From positions 2,183-66,182 of the forward strand of contig JAIEOS010000066.1 of the NCBI GenBank assembly GCA_019750295.1: a stretch of 64,000 nt of DNA, written 5' to 3'. Shown here piece after piece: positions 42,358 through 52,243 of this stretch; within the stretch, counting starts at the first letter, position 1, and every line of letters starts with the position of its first letter. This stretch comes from Bdellovibrionales bacterium. GTDB taxonomy: Bacteria; Bdellovibrionota; Bdellovibrionia; Bdellovibrionales; JAGQZY01. The position numbers were made by a program, and so were the translations under genes. The notes below the pieces were generated by a model. It did no database searches and had not been told where the DNA came from. It saw nothing but the letters and a program-made list of their open reading frames with translations.

Positions 42358-43104
42358 GTGAGACATCTTTGGTTACAGCTTTGGTTACAGCTTTCTTCCC
42401 TTATCATCCCGATCTTACTTGCCCCTTCTTTATCGATGGCCGTAACGATTGAGTTTCCCGAAGAAGAATTAGCAAAAGAATCAGTGCTTCCGGTCTTCGA
42501 GGGCGGAACGACGGCGGTCAAATCTCGTCGCGTGAACACCAAGGGACGAATGGAAGCGGGCTTGGCTGCTGGTTTCATTTTTAACGAGCCGTTCTTTAAC
42601 CCTCTGATTTATGGTCTGAGATTGGGTTATCACTTTAATGAATTCAGTAGTGTTCAGGTCAGCGGTTTTTTAAAGCAAGACGAAGTCTCTAGCGACGCTA
42701 AAGAAATCGATAGCGATCCGGCGACTCGCATCGGCTTTCAAGGTGTTCCTGTGCCGAAATACCTTTTGATGGTGGATTATCAGCTGACTCCTTATTATGG
42801 AAAGATCAGCTTAACGAAGGACACAGTTTTAAATATGAACCTTTTTGGAGTTCTTGGGGCGGGTGCGATCGACGTCGGTGGTGAAGTCACTTGGATTGCC
42901 AATCTTGGTTTTGGGCAGAACCTCTACTTTACACCACGCATGGCCTTCCGGGCCGATCTGCGCTTTCTATTTTACGAAGGACCTAACGTTATTAGTATTC
43001 CTACCCAGACGAAAGCCGCAACGACGAAGCTCGACCCCTCGGCCTTCGACAGTCAATTTAACGTGAGTCCAAGTATGACTCTCGGGCTTGTTTTCTTACT
43101 TTAG
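42358..43104 (+). CDS. Outer-membrane beta-barrel protein, GltA/GltB (NfsA/NfsB)-like, paralog 1
   Basis: It has a signal peptide and beta-strand periodicity. It shares blocks with the next gene (LGYHFNE, TPYYGKIS/TPIYGKYS, and C-terminal LGLVFLL / SLGFSFFF). GTG start, 10 nt after kdsC. Confidence 0.6.
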   Translation: MRHLWLQLWLQLSSLIIPILLAPSLSMAVTIEFPEEELAKESVLPVFEGGTTAVKSRRVNTKGRMEAGLAAGFIFNEPFFNPLIYGLRLGYHFNEFSSVQVSGFLKQDEVSSDAKEIDSDPATRIGFQGVPVPKYLLMVDYQLTPYYGKISLTKDTVLNMNLFGVLGAGAIDVGGEVTWIANLGFGQNLYFTPRMAFRADLRFLFYEGPNVISIPTQTKAATTKLDPSAFDSQFNVSPSMTLGLVFLL

Positions 43105-43234
43105 TCTCTACGAGACGCGACTTAGGTTGAGTCTCGCTAAAGTCTAGTTACTGACCAGGTCCGTCGTTAACCCTACAATTTTCTTAATTTATTTTTTATT
43201 CTGTATGTAGAAACAGCAGTTTAAGGATGCACCT

Positions 43235-44083
43235 ATGATAATACGTTTTTTTGTATTTCTGCTCGCGGTCACATCTTTTTCGACCTCCTATGCCGACGAC
43301 GTGGACCAGATCGAAAATCTTTTTGACGCCGACGATACTCGTGTAGAAAGAGAATCCCAGCAGGAAGTTCGCGATGCCGAAGCGGCCAGCGCTGCCAATC
43401 GCGCGGACAAAAGCCCTCCTCCGACACGGTTAGAAAATCTCAATACTCTTAAGTCTTTCGAAGATGTGGCGGTGATTCAAAAACGTTATCTTCCAAAAAC
43501 TCAGCGTTTCGAAGGAAATTTTTCCGCCGCAGCCAATATCAACGACTCCTATTTTTCCGCCTATGGTGTAAACGGAACTCTGGGTTATCACTTTAATGAA
43601 AAGTTTGCTGCGGAACTCGCAGTGAAGTGGTTCTCGGTGAGCAATAGTAAAGCGGCGAATAATCTTCTCGAGCAGGGAATCGTGACTAACGGACTTGTGG
43701 CCACCGAAATGTTTTATGGTGTGAACATGCGTTGGACGCCGATCTACGGGAAATACTCCTACTTTGATAAAAAAATTATTCCTTTCGATCACTACTTTGC
43801 TGTCGGGATCGGTCAAACTCGCTTAGAGGCGGGATCTAGCTCTTCCAACACCACCGTTAACGTAGAAGCTCTAGATAATCCCATCACCTTAAGTTTATCG
43901 ACGGGTCAAATCATCGCTTTTAATAAATGGATGGCGTTCAAATGGGATGTCAGCTGGCACATTCTTCAGCCCGAAGTTCGCACGACTCGAAATGGTGTAA
44001 GCAATGTCAGCGACGACTTACAAAATAATATTTTCCTTTCCCTAGGATTCAGTTTCTTCTTTCCGGAGGCAAAGTACCGATGA
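43235..44083 (+). CDS. Outer-membrane beta-barrel protein, GltA/GltB (NfsA/NfsB)-like, paralog 2
   Basis: It has a signal peptide (MIIRFFVFLLAVTSFSTSYA), an acidic N-terminal linker, and a barrel region paralogous to 42358..43104. Confidence 0.6.
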   Translation: MIIRFFVFLLAVTSFSTSYADDVDQIENLFDADDTRVERESQQEVRDAEAASAANRADKSPPPTRLENLNTLKSFEDVAVIQKRYLPKTQRFEGNFSAAANINDSYFSAYGVNGTLGYHFNEKFAAELAVKWFSVSNSKAANNLLEQGIVTNGLVATEMFYGVNMRWTPIYGKYSYFDKKIIPFDHYFAVGIGQTRLEAGSSSSNTTVNVEALDNPITLSLSTGQIIAFNKWMAFKWDVSWHILQPEVRTTRNGVSNVSDDLQNNIFLSLGFSFFFPEAKYR

Positions 44084-45828
44084 TGAAGTTCATAACCACT
44101 TTAGCCACAATTTGTTTAGTCACTCAGAGTTCGTATGCTGATGTGAATGACGTGATGGGAACTCCCACTACAGATGAACCTATTTTGTTGGCGCAAAACA
44201 GTAGTAGTAAAAAGAAAAAAGTCACCACGACTAAAACGACGACCACGCGTCGGCGTTCCCAACCGTCGACGTCCACAAAGACAACAACGACAAGAACCAA
44301 TCGCAGTAATCGCGGATCCTCAGATGCAAACGCAGCGAGCGGAGAAGGTTCGGGAGGCGGCGGTAACGTGATCTCAAAGATCAAAAGCTTAGCCTCCTCC
44401 AATCAGTACGAAGAGGCGTCAAAGCTTTTGTTTACTGTGAGTCGAAGTTCAAAGTACGCCGGTGAGGCGGCGCAGATTAAGTACATGCTTGGTCTTATGC
44501 TTATGGAACTGAAGCTGTACCAAACGTCCTCTTTTGTGTTTTATGATGTCATCGACGAGGAACTTCGTCGGAGTGGTGATCATAAATATCTGAGACAGAG
44601 CTTAGGAAAGCTTTCTTTTTTGAGCAATATGTTGGATTCCGATGTTCTTTTAAAGTACGCGGTATCTAGAATTCAGATCAAAGATTTCCCGGCGGACAGT
44701 AAAGATCTGTTCTTTTTTAGATATGGGGAGTTAAAGCTCAAAGAGGGTCAATTCGATGAGGCGGCGAAAGCCTTCGCGAAAGTGGACCCAGAAAGCACCG
44801 TTTATCCTCAGGCCTTGTTTAAGCAAGGGTTAGCTTATGCCGAGCAGAATAAGCTGGGTAATGCGGCAGCGGCCTACGAAGAGTTACTTAACATCTACAA
44901 CAATAGACCTGTGACCGATCCGAATCGTGTGAATGCGACGATGGCTTTGGCCCGCATTTACTATCAAGGAAAAAAATGGGATCGTTCGATCAGTTATTAC
45001 CGAGCTGTTCCTCGCGATACAATTCAGTGGCACGATGCTATGTTTGAAATGAGTTGGGCGATGCTCCGTTCGGGTCAATTCTTCCGATCGGCGTTAAGTA
45101 ACTTCCACACGTTGCATTCTCCTTATTACGAAGAGATTTATTCTCCAGAGTCGTTATTACTTCGTGCGATCGTCTACTTATATATCTGTCGTTACGATGA
45201 AATGGAAAAAACTCTAGAGCTCTTCGATCGAATTTACCGACCGGTCGCTAGCAATATCGACAAGATGCTCAGTCGTTCAGACAACAGTAAGCTCTATTGG
45301 GACGAAGTCAAACGCGGTTATGAAAACGCAAAGAACGAAAAAGAAAGTAAAAACCGCATGCGTCTCAACGATATGGTGACAACGGCATTGCTTCGCCACA
45401 ACCAGATTCGCGCTAATTTGAACTATTACAATATGTTGGAAGAAGAAGATCGCAAGATCAATGCTCTGGCTCGAGACTGGCAGGGCAGCGCTATGGGTAA
45501 ATTCGGTCGCCGAATTATCGAACGTCGAAAAACAAGCACTGAAGATTTGATTGGAAAACTTGCTCGAAATCATTTGTTAAAGATGAAATCAGAACTTCGT
45601 GATTTCTTTGAGCAGAGTGATTTCCTTAAGTTCGAAATGGTCAGCGGTAAGAAAGAAGTTGTGGGTAAAGAGCTTGTCGGTAAGAAGATTCCGCGGAAAC
45701 AGATCGTGGATGATTCTTCTCGAAACTTCTTTATTTCTAATGGTTATGAATATTGGCCATTCCAGGGCGAGTACTGGTTAGATGAACTCGGGAACTATCA
45801 CTATGTGGGTGTACAGGCCTGCCAATAA
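44080..45828 (+). CDS. Secreted TPR-repeat protein, GltC/NfsC-like by position
   Basis: It has a signal peptide, a T/K/R/S-rich low-complexity linker, then repeated TPR-like helices (EAAKAFAKV...ALFKQGLAYAEQNKLGNAAAAYEELL). Its ATG overlaps the upstream stop (ATGA). Confidence 0.55.
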   Translation: MMKFITTLATICLVTQSSYADVNDVMGTPTTDEPILLAQNSSSKKKKVTTTKTTTTRRRSQPSTSTKTTTTRTNRSNRGSSDANAASGEGSGGGGNVISKIKSLASSNQYEEASKLLFTVSRSSKYAGEAAQIKYMLGLMLMELKLYQTSSFVFYDVIDEELRRSGDHKYLRQSLGKLSFLSNMLDSDVLLKYAVSRIQIKDFPADSKDLFFFRYGELKLKEGQFDEAAKAFAKVDPESTVYPQALFKQGLAYAEQNKLGNAAAAYEELLNIYNNRPVTDPNRVNATMALARIYYQGKKWDRSISYYRAVPRDTIQWHDAMFEMSWAMLRSGQFFRSALSNFHTLHSPYYEEIYSPESLLLRAIVYLYICRYDEMEKTLELFDRIYRPVASNIDKMLSRSDNSKLYWDEVKRGYENAKNEKESKNRMRLNDMVTTALLRHNQIRANLNYYNMLEEEDRKINALARDWQGSAMGKFGRRIIERRKTSTEDLIGKLARNHLLKMKSELRDFFEQSDFLKFEMVSGKKEVVGKELVGKKIPRKQIVDDSSRNFFISNGYEYWPFQGEYWLDELGNYHYVGVQACQ

Positions 45829-45871
45829 TAGGCGAGTCTAATAAGATAAGTCAGCGATGTTGGGTGAAACT

Positions 45872-48800
45872 ATGATGAAAAAGTATATTTCGGGATTAGT
45901 GGTATTAGTGGTCGCATTGCAAGTGAATGCGAAAATTACTGATAAGAAAAAGATGGCCGACATGACGCTTAAGAAACTAAGCGAATCGGTGCCGACAGCA
46001 CGGCCTATTCTTCAGGAGCAAACGCGACCGCGAGATATGAGCGTGGTCAAGCCGCCTCGATCCAGCCGCTTATTCCTTTATGATGATGATCCTCTTCGAG
46101 TGGAATATAACAAACTCGTTGATGAAGAAATTAAAAAACTTTACACCCTTTCATCGAAGTACAAGACCAGCCGTAACCGTGGAGAGATCTGGTTAAGGCT
46201 GGCTGAGCGGTATGTGGAAAAAGGTAATATCTTGGATATGAAGGTTCAAGATGATTACGATAAAAGAATGAAGAAATGGGAAGAGACAAAAAAAGGTGCC
46301 AAGCCTGTTCTTCCTAAAACAAATCCAGGAAAGCCTCTGTTTGCGAAAGCCATTCAGCTTTATGAATATTTTATTCGCGACTTCCCAAAAGATCCGAAAG
46401 TGGCTCAGGCTCTTTATTTCTTAGGGTATAGCAATTTCGAGATAGGAAATGAAAAAAAAGGGGAAGCTTATTATAAAGAGCTGACTCAACGTTTTCCTAG
46501 CAGTGCCTATGTGGATGAGTCTCACTTTGCTCTCGGGGAGTATTACTTCGAAAAGGAAAATTGGAACGAAGCTTTAGAGAACTACGGACGTTTGGTGCAA
46601 AAGAAAACGGCACGCCTCCATTTATTCTCTCTCTACAAGACAGCTTGGTGTTTCTACAGAATGGGCAGATATCCTGCGGCGGTGGACACTCTTGAGCGGG
46701 TCATTCGATCTGACGGTGGTGGTGGAGAGGCCGCCGAAGGAACTCGTGAGGTGAATAAACTTCGTCTTCGTGAAGAGGCCATCAAAGACTACGTTGCCTT
46801 TTACTCGCAAACTGGAAAGTTTAAAGAGGCCGAGGATGACTTTAATAAGGCCACTCGTAGCGAAAAGAAAACGGTGGAATTGTTAGATGCTCTTGCTTAT
46901 CGCTATAGCTACTCGGGGAATATTCCAGCGTCGACCTATTTGTTTAAAAAGTTAATCACGATGGCGCCGGAAGCGGAAAAAGCGGCTAAGTATCAATATC
47001 AGATCGTTCAAGACAACCTAAACGTGAACAATCTTAAAGCCTTCAAGATTGAATTGGCTGAGTGGATTCAAAATTATGGGCCGGCAAGCTCCTGGGCTTC
47101 GGCAAATTCCGACAAGAAAGAGATGCTCAAGGAAACGTTTGCCCTTCAAGAAACGACTTTGAGAAACCATACTTTAAGATTGCACGCCACAGCGGTGAGC
47201 GTGAAGTCTGAGTTCTCTCAGCAGACGGCGTCTGATTCTTATAAGATGTATTTGCACTTCTTTAAAGATTCTCCAAAGCATTCGGAAATGCGATTCTTTT
47301 ATGGGGAACTTTTATTTGATATGCGTGCTTACGAAAAAGCAGCTCAGCAATACCAGTGGCTGGCAGAAAATGATAAAAAGAGCCCTTACTACGAAAAGTC
47401 TGTAATCAACAACGTCCTTTCTCTTGAGAAACTTCTTCCTAAAGATGCAGAGATGGAAAATCGTCGAAATAAGGCCAAGGATAAGTTGACGAAAATTCCA
47501 TATGCTCCGGAGGTGAAGAAGTTCGAGCAGGCTTCGTTACTCTATCTTCAAGCTTTTCCTAAGGGCGACAAAGCCGACGAGATTAAAAAACGTTTAGGCG
47601 CACTTTATTATGTTCATAATGATTTTGAGCCAGCCTTGGGCGTTTTCCGTGGAATTATTAAGGAGAACCCGAATTCGAAAGATGTTCCGGTGGCCGCCGA
47701 GTATATCTTGGATATACATAATATTCGTAACGATATCGACACCTTCCAAAAAGAAGGTAATGAGTTACTTAAGAATCCTACGATTGCAAAATCTCCCGTT
47801 GGGAAAGAGATTCGCGACAATTTAAATAAAGCCAAATTCCTAGTTGCCGACAGTCTTTCAAAGAACGGTAAAAATTACGAGGCGGCGAAAGCTTTCGAAA
47901 GTTTTGCCAAGACTCAACCGAACTCACCTCAAGTCGTTTCGGCGATGTTCAATGCAGCCGTGAATTACGAAAAGGCGGGAAGCGGAGCTGAATCTGTTCG
48001 CATGTACGAAAACGTTTTGGCGGTGCCAGGAAAAGAAAACGAAGGACTCCGTCAGGATGTTAAGAATAGCTTAGCCGAAATTTATAAGAAAACCGGTCAG
48101 CTTGAAAAAGCGGCGTTGATGTATGAACAGTTCGGTCGTGGCATTACGGGAACTAAAGCTAAGAATGCTCTGAATAATGCTTCGATCCTGTGGGTGGCTC
48201 TCGGTCGCACCGAAAAGGCGATGTCTACCTTTTCCGCGCTCGATAAGATGTCTACGGATAAAGAAAAGAACGAGTACATCTACGAAAGAGCGGAGATGTT
48301 CCATCGCCAAAAGGATTACGGCAAGGCAATGACCTATTATGATCAATTCTTGCGCCTAGGTTGGAGAGATACCCTAAGAAGTCTTAAGGCGACTCACACC
48401 ATCGCTGAGACCTATGCGAAACGCGGGCAAACTGCCCTCGCCAAACAGTGGTATGAAAAAACTGTGGGCTTATTTAAAGAGCGTGGCAGTAAAACTGGTG
48501 CCAAATTTGCGGGTCAAGCGAAGTTCTGGCTCGCTCGTCGCTCGTTGGATGAGATGAGAGCGATTCGCCTTGGAACTGCGGAAAAAACAATTGTGAATGC
48601 TTTTGCCAACATGAAGGCATTGCAAAAAACTTTGATCAAGGACCTCGCCGAAGTGATCAAAATTGATTATGGTCCTTCCATCGTTGCAGCTCTTGCTGCG
48701 GAGGCGGAATCCTACGAGGTTATTGCAAACGCGTTTAAAAATAGCCCGGTCCCCAGAGAGTACAGTAATGCCGAGCAAGCGAAGCAGTTTAAGCAATTGG

Positions 48801-49000
48801 CTCAGCAAGAGGGTGATGGATTTTTACAAAAAGCAAAAGGGGCCTACAAGGCGGCTTTTGAAAAAGGATTGGCCATCGAAGCGTTTGGCGATCCACTTTT
48901 AAGTTCTGCACGAAATTATCACAGATTGGCTCCTGGTGAGTCGAAGATGGCGGGCGAGATGGCCAGTATTGGTTCGCTCGTGGATAAGGCTGGATTATGA
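45872..49000 (+). CDS. gltD: Large secreted TPR-repeat protein, GltD/AgmU (NfsD)-like
   Basis: It is about 1040 aa with a signal peptide (MMKKYISGLVVLVVALQVNA) and many TPR-like repeats (AQALYFLGYSNFEIGNEKKGEAYYKELTQRFPSS...). Assignment rests on size and position in the cluster. Confidence 0.6.
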   Translation: MMKKYISGLVVLVVALQVNAKITDKKKMADMTLKKLSESVPTARPILQEQTRPRDMSVVKPPRSSRLFLYDDDPLRVEYNKLVDEEIKKLYTLSSKYKTSRNRGEIWLRLAERYVEKGNILDMKVQDDYDKRMKKWEETKKGAKPVLPKTNPGKPLFAKAIQLYEYFIRDFPKDPKVAQALYFLGYSNFEIGNEKKGEAYYKELTQRFPSSAYVDESHFALGEYYFEKENWNEALENYGRLVQKKTARLHLFSLYKTAWCFYRMGRYPAAVDTLERVIRSDGGGGEAAEGTREVNKLRLREEAIKDYVAFYSQTGKFKEAEDDFNKATRSEKKTVELLDALAYRYSYSGNIPASTYLFKKLITMAPEAEKAAKYQYQIVQDNLNVNNLKAFKIELAEWIQNYGPASSWASANSDKKEMLKETFALQETTLRNHTLRLHATAVSVKSEFSQQTASDSYKMYLHFFKDSPKHSEMRFFYGELLFDMRAYEKAAQQYQWLAENDKKSPYYEKSVINNVLSLEKLLPKDAEMENRRNKAKDKLTKIPYAPEVKKFEQASLLYLQAFPKGDKADEIKKRLGALYYVHNDFEPALGVFRGIIKENPNSKDVPVAAEYILDIHNIRNDIDTFQKEGNELLKNPTIAKSPVGKEIRDNLNKAKFLVADSLSKNGKNYEAAKAFESFAKTQPNSPQVVSAMFNAAVNYEKAGSGAESVRMYENVLAVPGKENEGLRQDVKNSLAEIYKKTGQLEKAALMYEQFGRGITGTKAKNALNNASILWVALGRTEKAMSTFSALDKMSTDKEKNEYIYERAEMFHRQKDYGKAMTYYDQFLRLGWRDTLRSLKATHTIAETYAKRGQTALAKQWYEKTVGLFKERGSKTGAKFAGQAKFWLARRSLDEMRAIRLGTAEKTIVNAFANMKALQKTLIKDLAEVIKIDYGPSIVAALAAEAESYEVIANAFKNSPVPREYSNAEQAKQFKQLAQQEGDGFLQKAKGAYKAAFEKGLAIEAFGDPLLSSARNYHRLAPGESKMAGEMASIGSLVDKAGL

Positions 49001-49836
49001 AAAAACTAATTTTATTGGCACCTCTACTGTTAATGTTTCCCGCACTCCTCACGGGTTGCGCTTCCGATGACTCTGGGTCCACCGATTCATCCATCGAGGC
49101 TCCATCGGCCGAGAAGAAAGCGGCGGCCGCTCCGGCGACGCCGACGGGGTCTTTGGATGGACCCAAGCGTGCCCCATCGGAGCTGAGTAAAGCCCTCAGT
49201 GATAAAAACTATAATGAGATGTTTAAAATCGCGAGCGACATGCTTTTGGTAAACCCTAATGATCCGCAAGCATTGAATGCGCTAGCGATTTACCATATTC
49301 AAAAAAGTGAATGGGGAGCTGCCCGTTTGCTATTAGAGCGTGCCATTGAGAAAAATAAAGACATGGCTGGGTTACATAATAATTTAGGTGTGATCGCACT
49401 TAAAGAAGACAATTTGGAAAGTGCCCTTGCTCATTTTAAAACGGCTTACGAAAAAGATTCTCGCAACGGAAACGTAAATAATAATCTGGGTAGTATTTAC
49501 GTAAAATACCTAGACTATGGTAAGGCTCAAGGAATGATTGAGAGTGCTTACAGCTCATCCCCAGAGAGTGTGAGTGTAACAAATAATTACGCCATCATTC
49601 AGCGCTACACAGGAAACTACGAAAAGGCGGCGGAGCTCTACAAAAAGAATCTTGCTAAAGAATCCAGAAACGTCTCGACCATGATAAATTATGCTATTCT
49701 CCTTATCGATTATATGAAAAAATATGACGAAGGTGAGAGAATACTCAATAAATTAGAGTTTTTAGAAAGTAATGATCCGGCCGTTAAAAATAAAATGGCG
49801 GAACTTAACGAAAAGTTACGGGCAGCAAGAAAATGA
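48997..49836 (+). CDS. TPR lipoprotein, GltE/AglT (NfsE)-like
   Basis: It has a lipobox (LLTGCAS) and 5-6 TPR repeats (ALNALAIYHIQKSEWGAARLLLERAIEKN...). It overlaps the upstream gene by 4 nt. Confidence 0.6.
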   Translation: MKKLILLAPLLLMFPALLTGCASDDSGSTDSSIEAPSAEKKAAAAPATPTGSLDGPKRAPSELSKALSDKNYNEMFKIASDMLLVNPNDPQALNALAIYHIQKSEWGAARLLLERAIEKNKDMAGLHNNLGVIALKEDNLESALAHFKTAYEKDSRNGNVNNNLGSIYVKYLDYGKAQGMIESAYSSSPESVSVTNNYAIIQRYTGNYEKAAELYKKNLAKESRNVSTMINYAILLIDYMKKYDEGERILNKLEFLESNDPAVKNKMAELNEKLRAARK

Positions 49837-50114
49837 CGACAGCACAGCATATATTCACAATCTTAGGCTTATTGCTCTTCACCTTCGTCGCTAGCGCGCA
49901 GAACGCACCGGCCAAAGAAAAGAGAACGACAATTAACTTCGAAGATCAGTTGGTTGAAGGGCAGGCGCAAAAGCCCGATCTTCTTTATCTTTTGCAGAAG
50001 AAGAAATTCAATTATAAAAAATTGATTCGTTTAAGAGAGAATTTTCTTCCTGAACTTCGTCAGACAGCCAATGAAATTGCGCCCGCAAAAAGAGCCAAGG
50101 AGAAGAATCCGTGA
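49833..50114 (+). CDS. Small secreted protein, GltF/NfsF-like by size and position
   Basis: The 93-aa ORF has a signal peptide (ILGLLLFTFVASAQNA) and 4-nt overlaps with both neighbours. Confidence 0.45.
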   Translation: MTTAQHIFTILGLLLFTFVASAQNAPAKEKRTTINFEDQLVEGQAQKPDLLYLLQKKKFNYKKLIRLRENFLPELRQTANEIAPAKRAKEKNP

Positions 50115-52195
50115 GTAAACCAGTCGTCCTCAAAGTTTTTAGAAATGGTGGCGTGGTTGATGTTAAGCAATTTACGCAAGAACACCAGATTATTTTAGGA
50201 TCTGCCGACGCGGACACGCACGTTAAACTTCCGGGTGCAGTTTCTCCTTTTCACGCTTCGATCGAAAAGCGCGGAGATAAATATTATTTAAGCGACTTGG
50301 GTTCATCTCAGGGAACGTATCTTAAAGGGAGCAAGATTTTAGAGGCGGCTCTTGAACATGGTGATAAGATTGCCATCGGTGAATATATTATCGAGTTCTA
50401 TGTTGGAGCGCCTACGGTTTCGGCTTCGACAACGGCGGCGCCACCAGCTGCGGCACCGACTCCTGTGAACAAACCCATCGAGATGAAGCCGGTTCAAGCG
50501 GCACCGACGATCAGTACGTCAGTGGCTCAAGCTCCTGTGCACATGGGAACACAAGCTCTGCCAGATATGGGTGTTCAGGCTTCTCCTACTGGGGATATCC
50601 ATGTTTTCAAAAAGAAAAAGAAAAAAGGCGAAAAAACCTTTGCTCCACCGAGTGTTCATAAAAATCTTTCGGAATTTATTAAGCCCACCAAAGGTGGAAC
50701 TATTGAAATTCTGGTCGCGTGGAAAGAAAGAATTATCAATTCTTACCACTTCAATAAAAAGGGAACTGTTCATTTCGGTACGCATCCGTCTTGTGAAGTA
50801 TTACTTCCGTCATTAAACAGTAAAGTCAGTAAAGCACCGTTGGTTCAGATCGACGGGCAAGCGACGGTTTTTGTTCCTCCGGGAATGATGGGTTCTCTCG
50901 TTGCAGATAATACGACAACACCATTATCACAGTTATTCAATACAGGTCGTTTGCAGTCCTCAGGTAGTGGTTCCCGCTTGAACTTAATGCAAGGGGAAAT
51001 GCTCCGCATGCAAATGGGCGGCGATCTTGAAGTGGTTGTTCGCTACGCCTCGGATGCACCAAAGCCTTTATTTATTCCGATGATCGATTTTACAAGTAAT
51101 GGCTTCTTAGCGGTGTTGCTTGCAGCGATCTTGGCGATCGTGACATCTCTCTATGTATCTTTAAATCACGTTGAAAATAAAGAAGTGGACGAAGAAGAAT
51201 TTAGAACGGCGCTGATCATCGACAATCCTCCAAAACCACCGCCAGTCGTGCCTCAACCTAAAGAAGAGCCACCGAAAGTGGAAGAGAAAAAGATCGAACC
51301 ACCTCCTAAAAAAGAAGTGGTCAAGATCGAGCCTAAAAAAGAACCGGCTAAAGTTGTCGAGATTAAAAAGCAGGAGCCTAAACGCGAAGCTGTGAAGCAA
51401 GCTCCTCCACGAGTGGCACAAAAAGCGGGTGGCGGAGATCAGTCCGCAGCAAAATCCATGAGAGCGAATCCGAATAAACCCAAGAGCAATCAAATGGGTT
51501 CAGTGAAGCAGGGTGGAGCCGTTAAGGTCTCTAACAAAGAGGGCGCTCAGGCCGAAAGTATCACTAAAGATCCTAAGAAGTCAGGAATCTTTGGAGTCTT
51601 CGGTTCGGGTGGGGCGAACAACCGACTCGACAATACTTACTCGGGTGGAGGGGAGCTCTCCGGTCTTGCTGATAAAGCCTCGGGTAGCGCCGGTAGCGCG
51701 GAAGATCGCGCCGGAGAAGGTCTTGGTTCGAAATTCAAAGAAACTGGCGGCGGTCAGGGTAAATCGAACGTGGGTGTCGGCGGAATTTCCACTGGAAAAG
51801 GTCTCGGACCTGGAACCGGCGGATTCGGTGGAGTGGGTCTCGGCGGTAAAGGTACCGTGACGATTCTTCCGGGCGGCGATGCTGAAACCAGTGGTGGGGA
51901 TATCGATAGAAACGGTATTCGCCAAGTCTTTATCCAAAACCAACGCGCACTTCAAGCTTGTTACGAAAGAGCTTTAAGTACGGACAAAGGCCTGGGCGGA
52001 AAACTAGTTCTCGATTTCGATATCGGTGAACAAGGGCGAGTTCTCCGAGCCGAAATGAGCCGAGGGAAGTCGACTTTAGTGAACGACGAACTCGCTGGAT
52101 GTGTGATTAGCAGAATGAAGAACTGGAGATTTCCAGAACCACCAAAGAATCAAACGGTTCAGGTTTTCTACCCGCTCGCATTCTCGAATAACTAG
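50111..52195 (+). CDS. gltG: FHA + transmembrane + Pro/Lys-rich spacer + AgmX/PglI-type (TonB_C-like) C-terminal domain protein, GltG/PglI-like
   Basis: - N-terminal FHA: ILGSADADTHVKLPGAVSPFHASIEKRGDKYYLSDLGSSQGTYLKG.
- One TM segment: FLAVLLAAILAIVTSLYVSL.
- A KP/EP-rich spacer, then a Gly-rich region.
- C-terminal domain: IRQVFIQNQRALQACYERAL...GGKLVLDFDIGEQGRVLRAEM...LAGCVISRMKNWRFPEP. Confidence 0.72.
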   Translation: MSKPVVLKVFRNGGVVDVKQFTQEHQIILGSADADTHVKLPGAVSPFHASIEKRGDKYYLSDLGSSQGTYLKGSKILEAALEHGDKIAIGEYIIEFYVGAPTVSASTTAAPPAAAPTPVNKPIEMKPVQAAPTISTSVAQAPVHMGTQALPDMGVQASPTGDIHVFKKKKKKGEKTFAPPSVHKNLSEFIKPTKGGTIEILVAWKERIINSYHFNKKGTVHFGTHPSCEVLLPSLNSKVSKAPLVQIDGQATVFVPPGMMGSLVADNTTTPLSQLFNTGRLQSSGSGSRLNLMQGEMLRMQMGGDLEVVVRYASDAPKPLFIPMIDFTSNGFLAVLLAAILAIVTSLYVSLNHVENKEVDEEEFRTALIIDNPPKPPPVVPQPKEEPPKVEEKKIEPPPKKEVVKIEPKKEPAKVVEIKKQEPKREAVKQAPPRVAQKAGGGDQSAAKSMRANPNKPKSNQMGSVKQGGAVKVSNKEGAQAESITKDPKKSGIFGVFGSGGANNRLDNTYSGGGELSGLADKASGSAGSAEDRAGEGLGSKFKETGGGQGKSNVGVGGISTGKGLGPGTGGFGGVGLGGKGTVTILPGGDAETSGGDIDRNGIRQVFIQNQRALQACYERALSTDKGLGGKLVLDFDIGEQGRVLRAEMSRGKSTLVNDELAGCVISRMKNWRFPEPPKNQTVQVFYPLAFSNN

Positions 52196-52243
52196 GAATT
52201 GAACTTTAAATAAAAGAATTAATAAACACCTTGGAGGGGTAAA

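Noticed and set aside
42069-42578. A 169-aa minus-strand ORF spanning the kdsC / first barrel gene junction.
   Set aside because: It overlaps two well-supported plus-strand genes. It has no recognisable motif and no ribosome-binding site.
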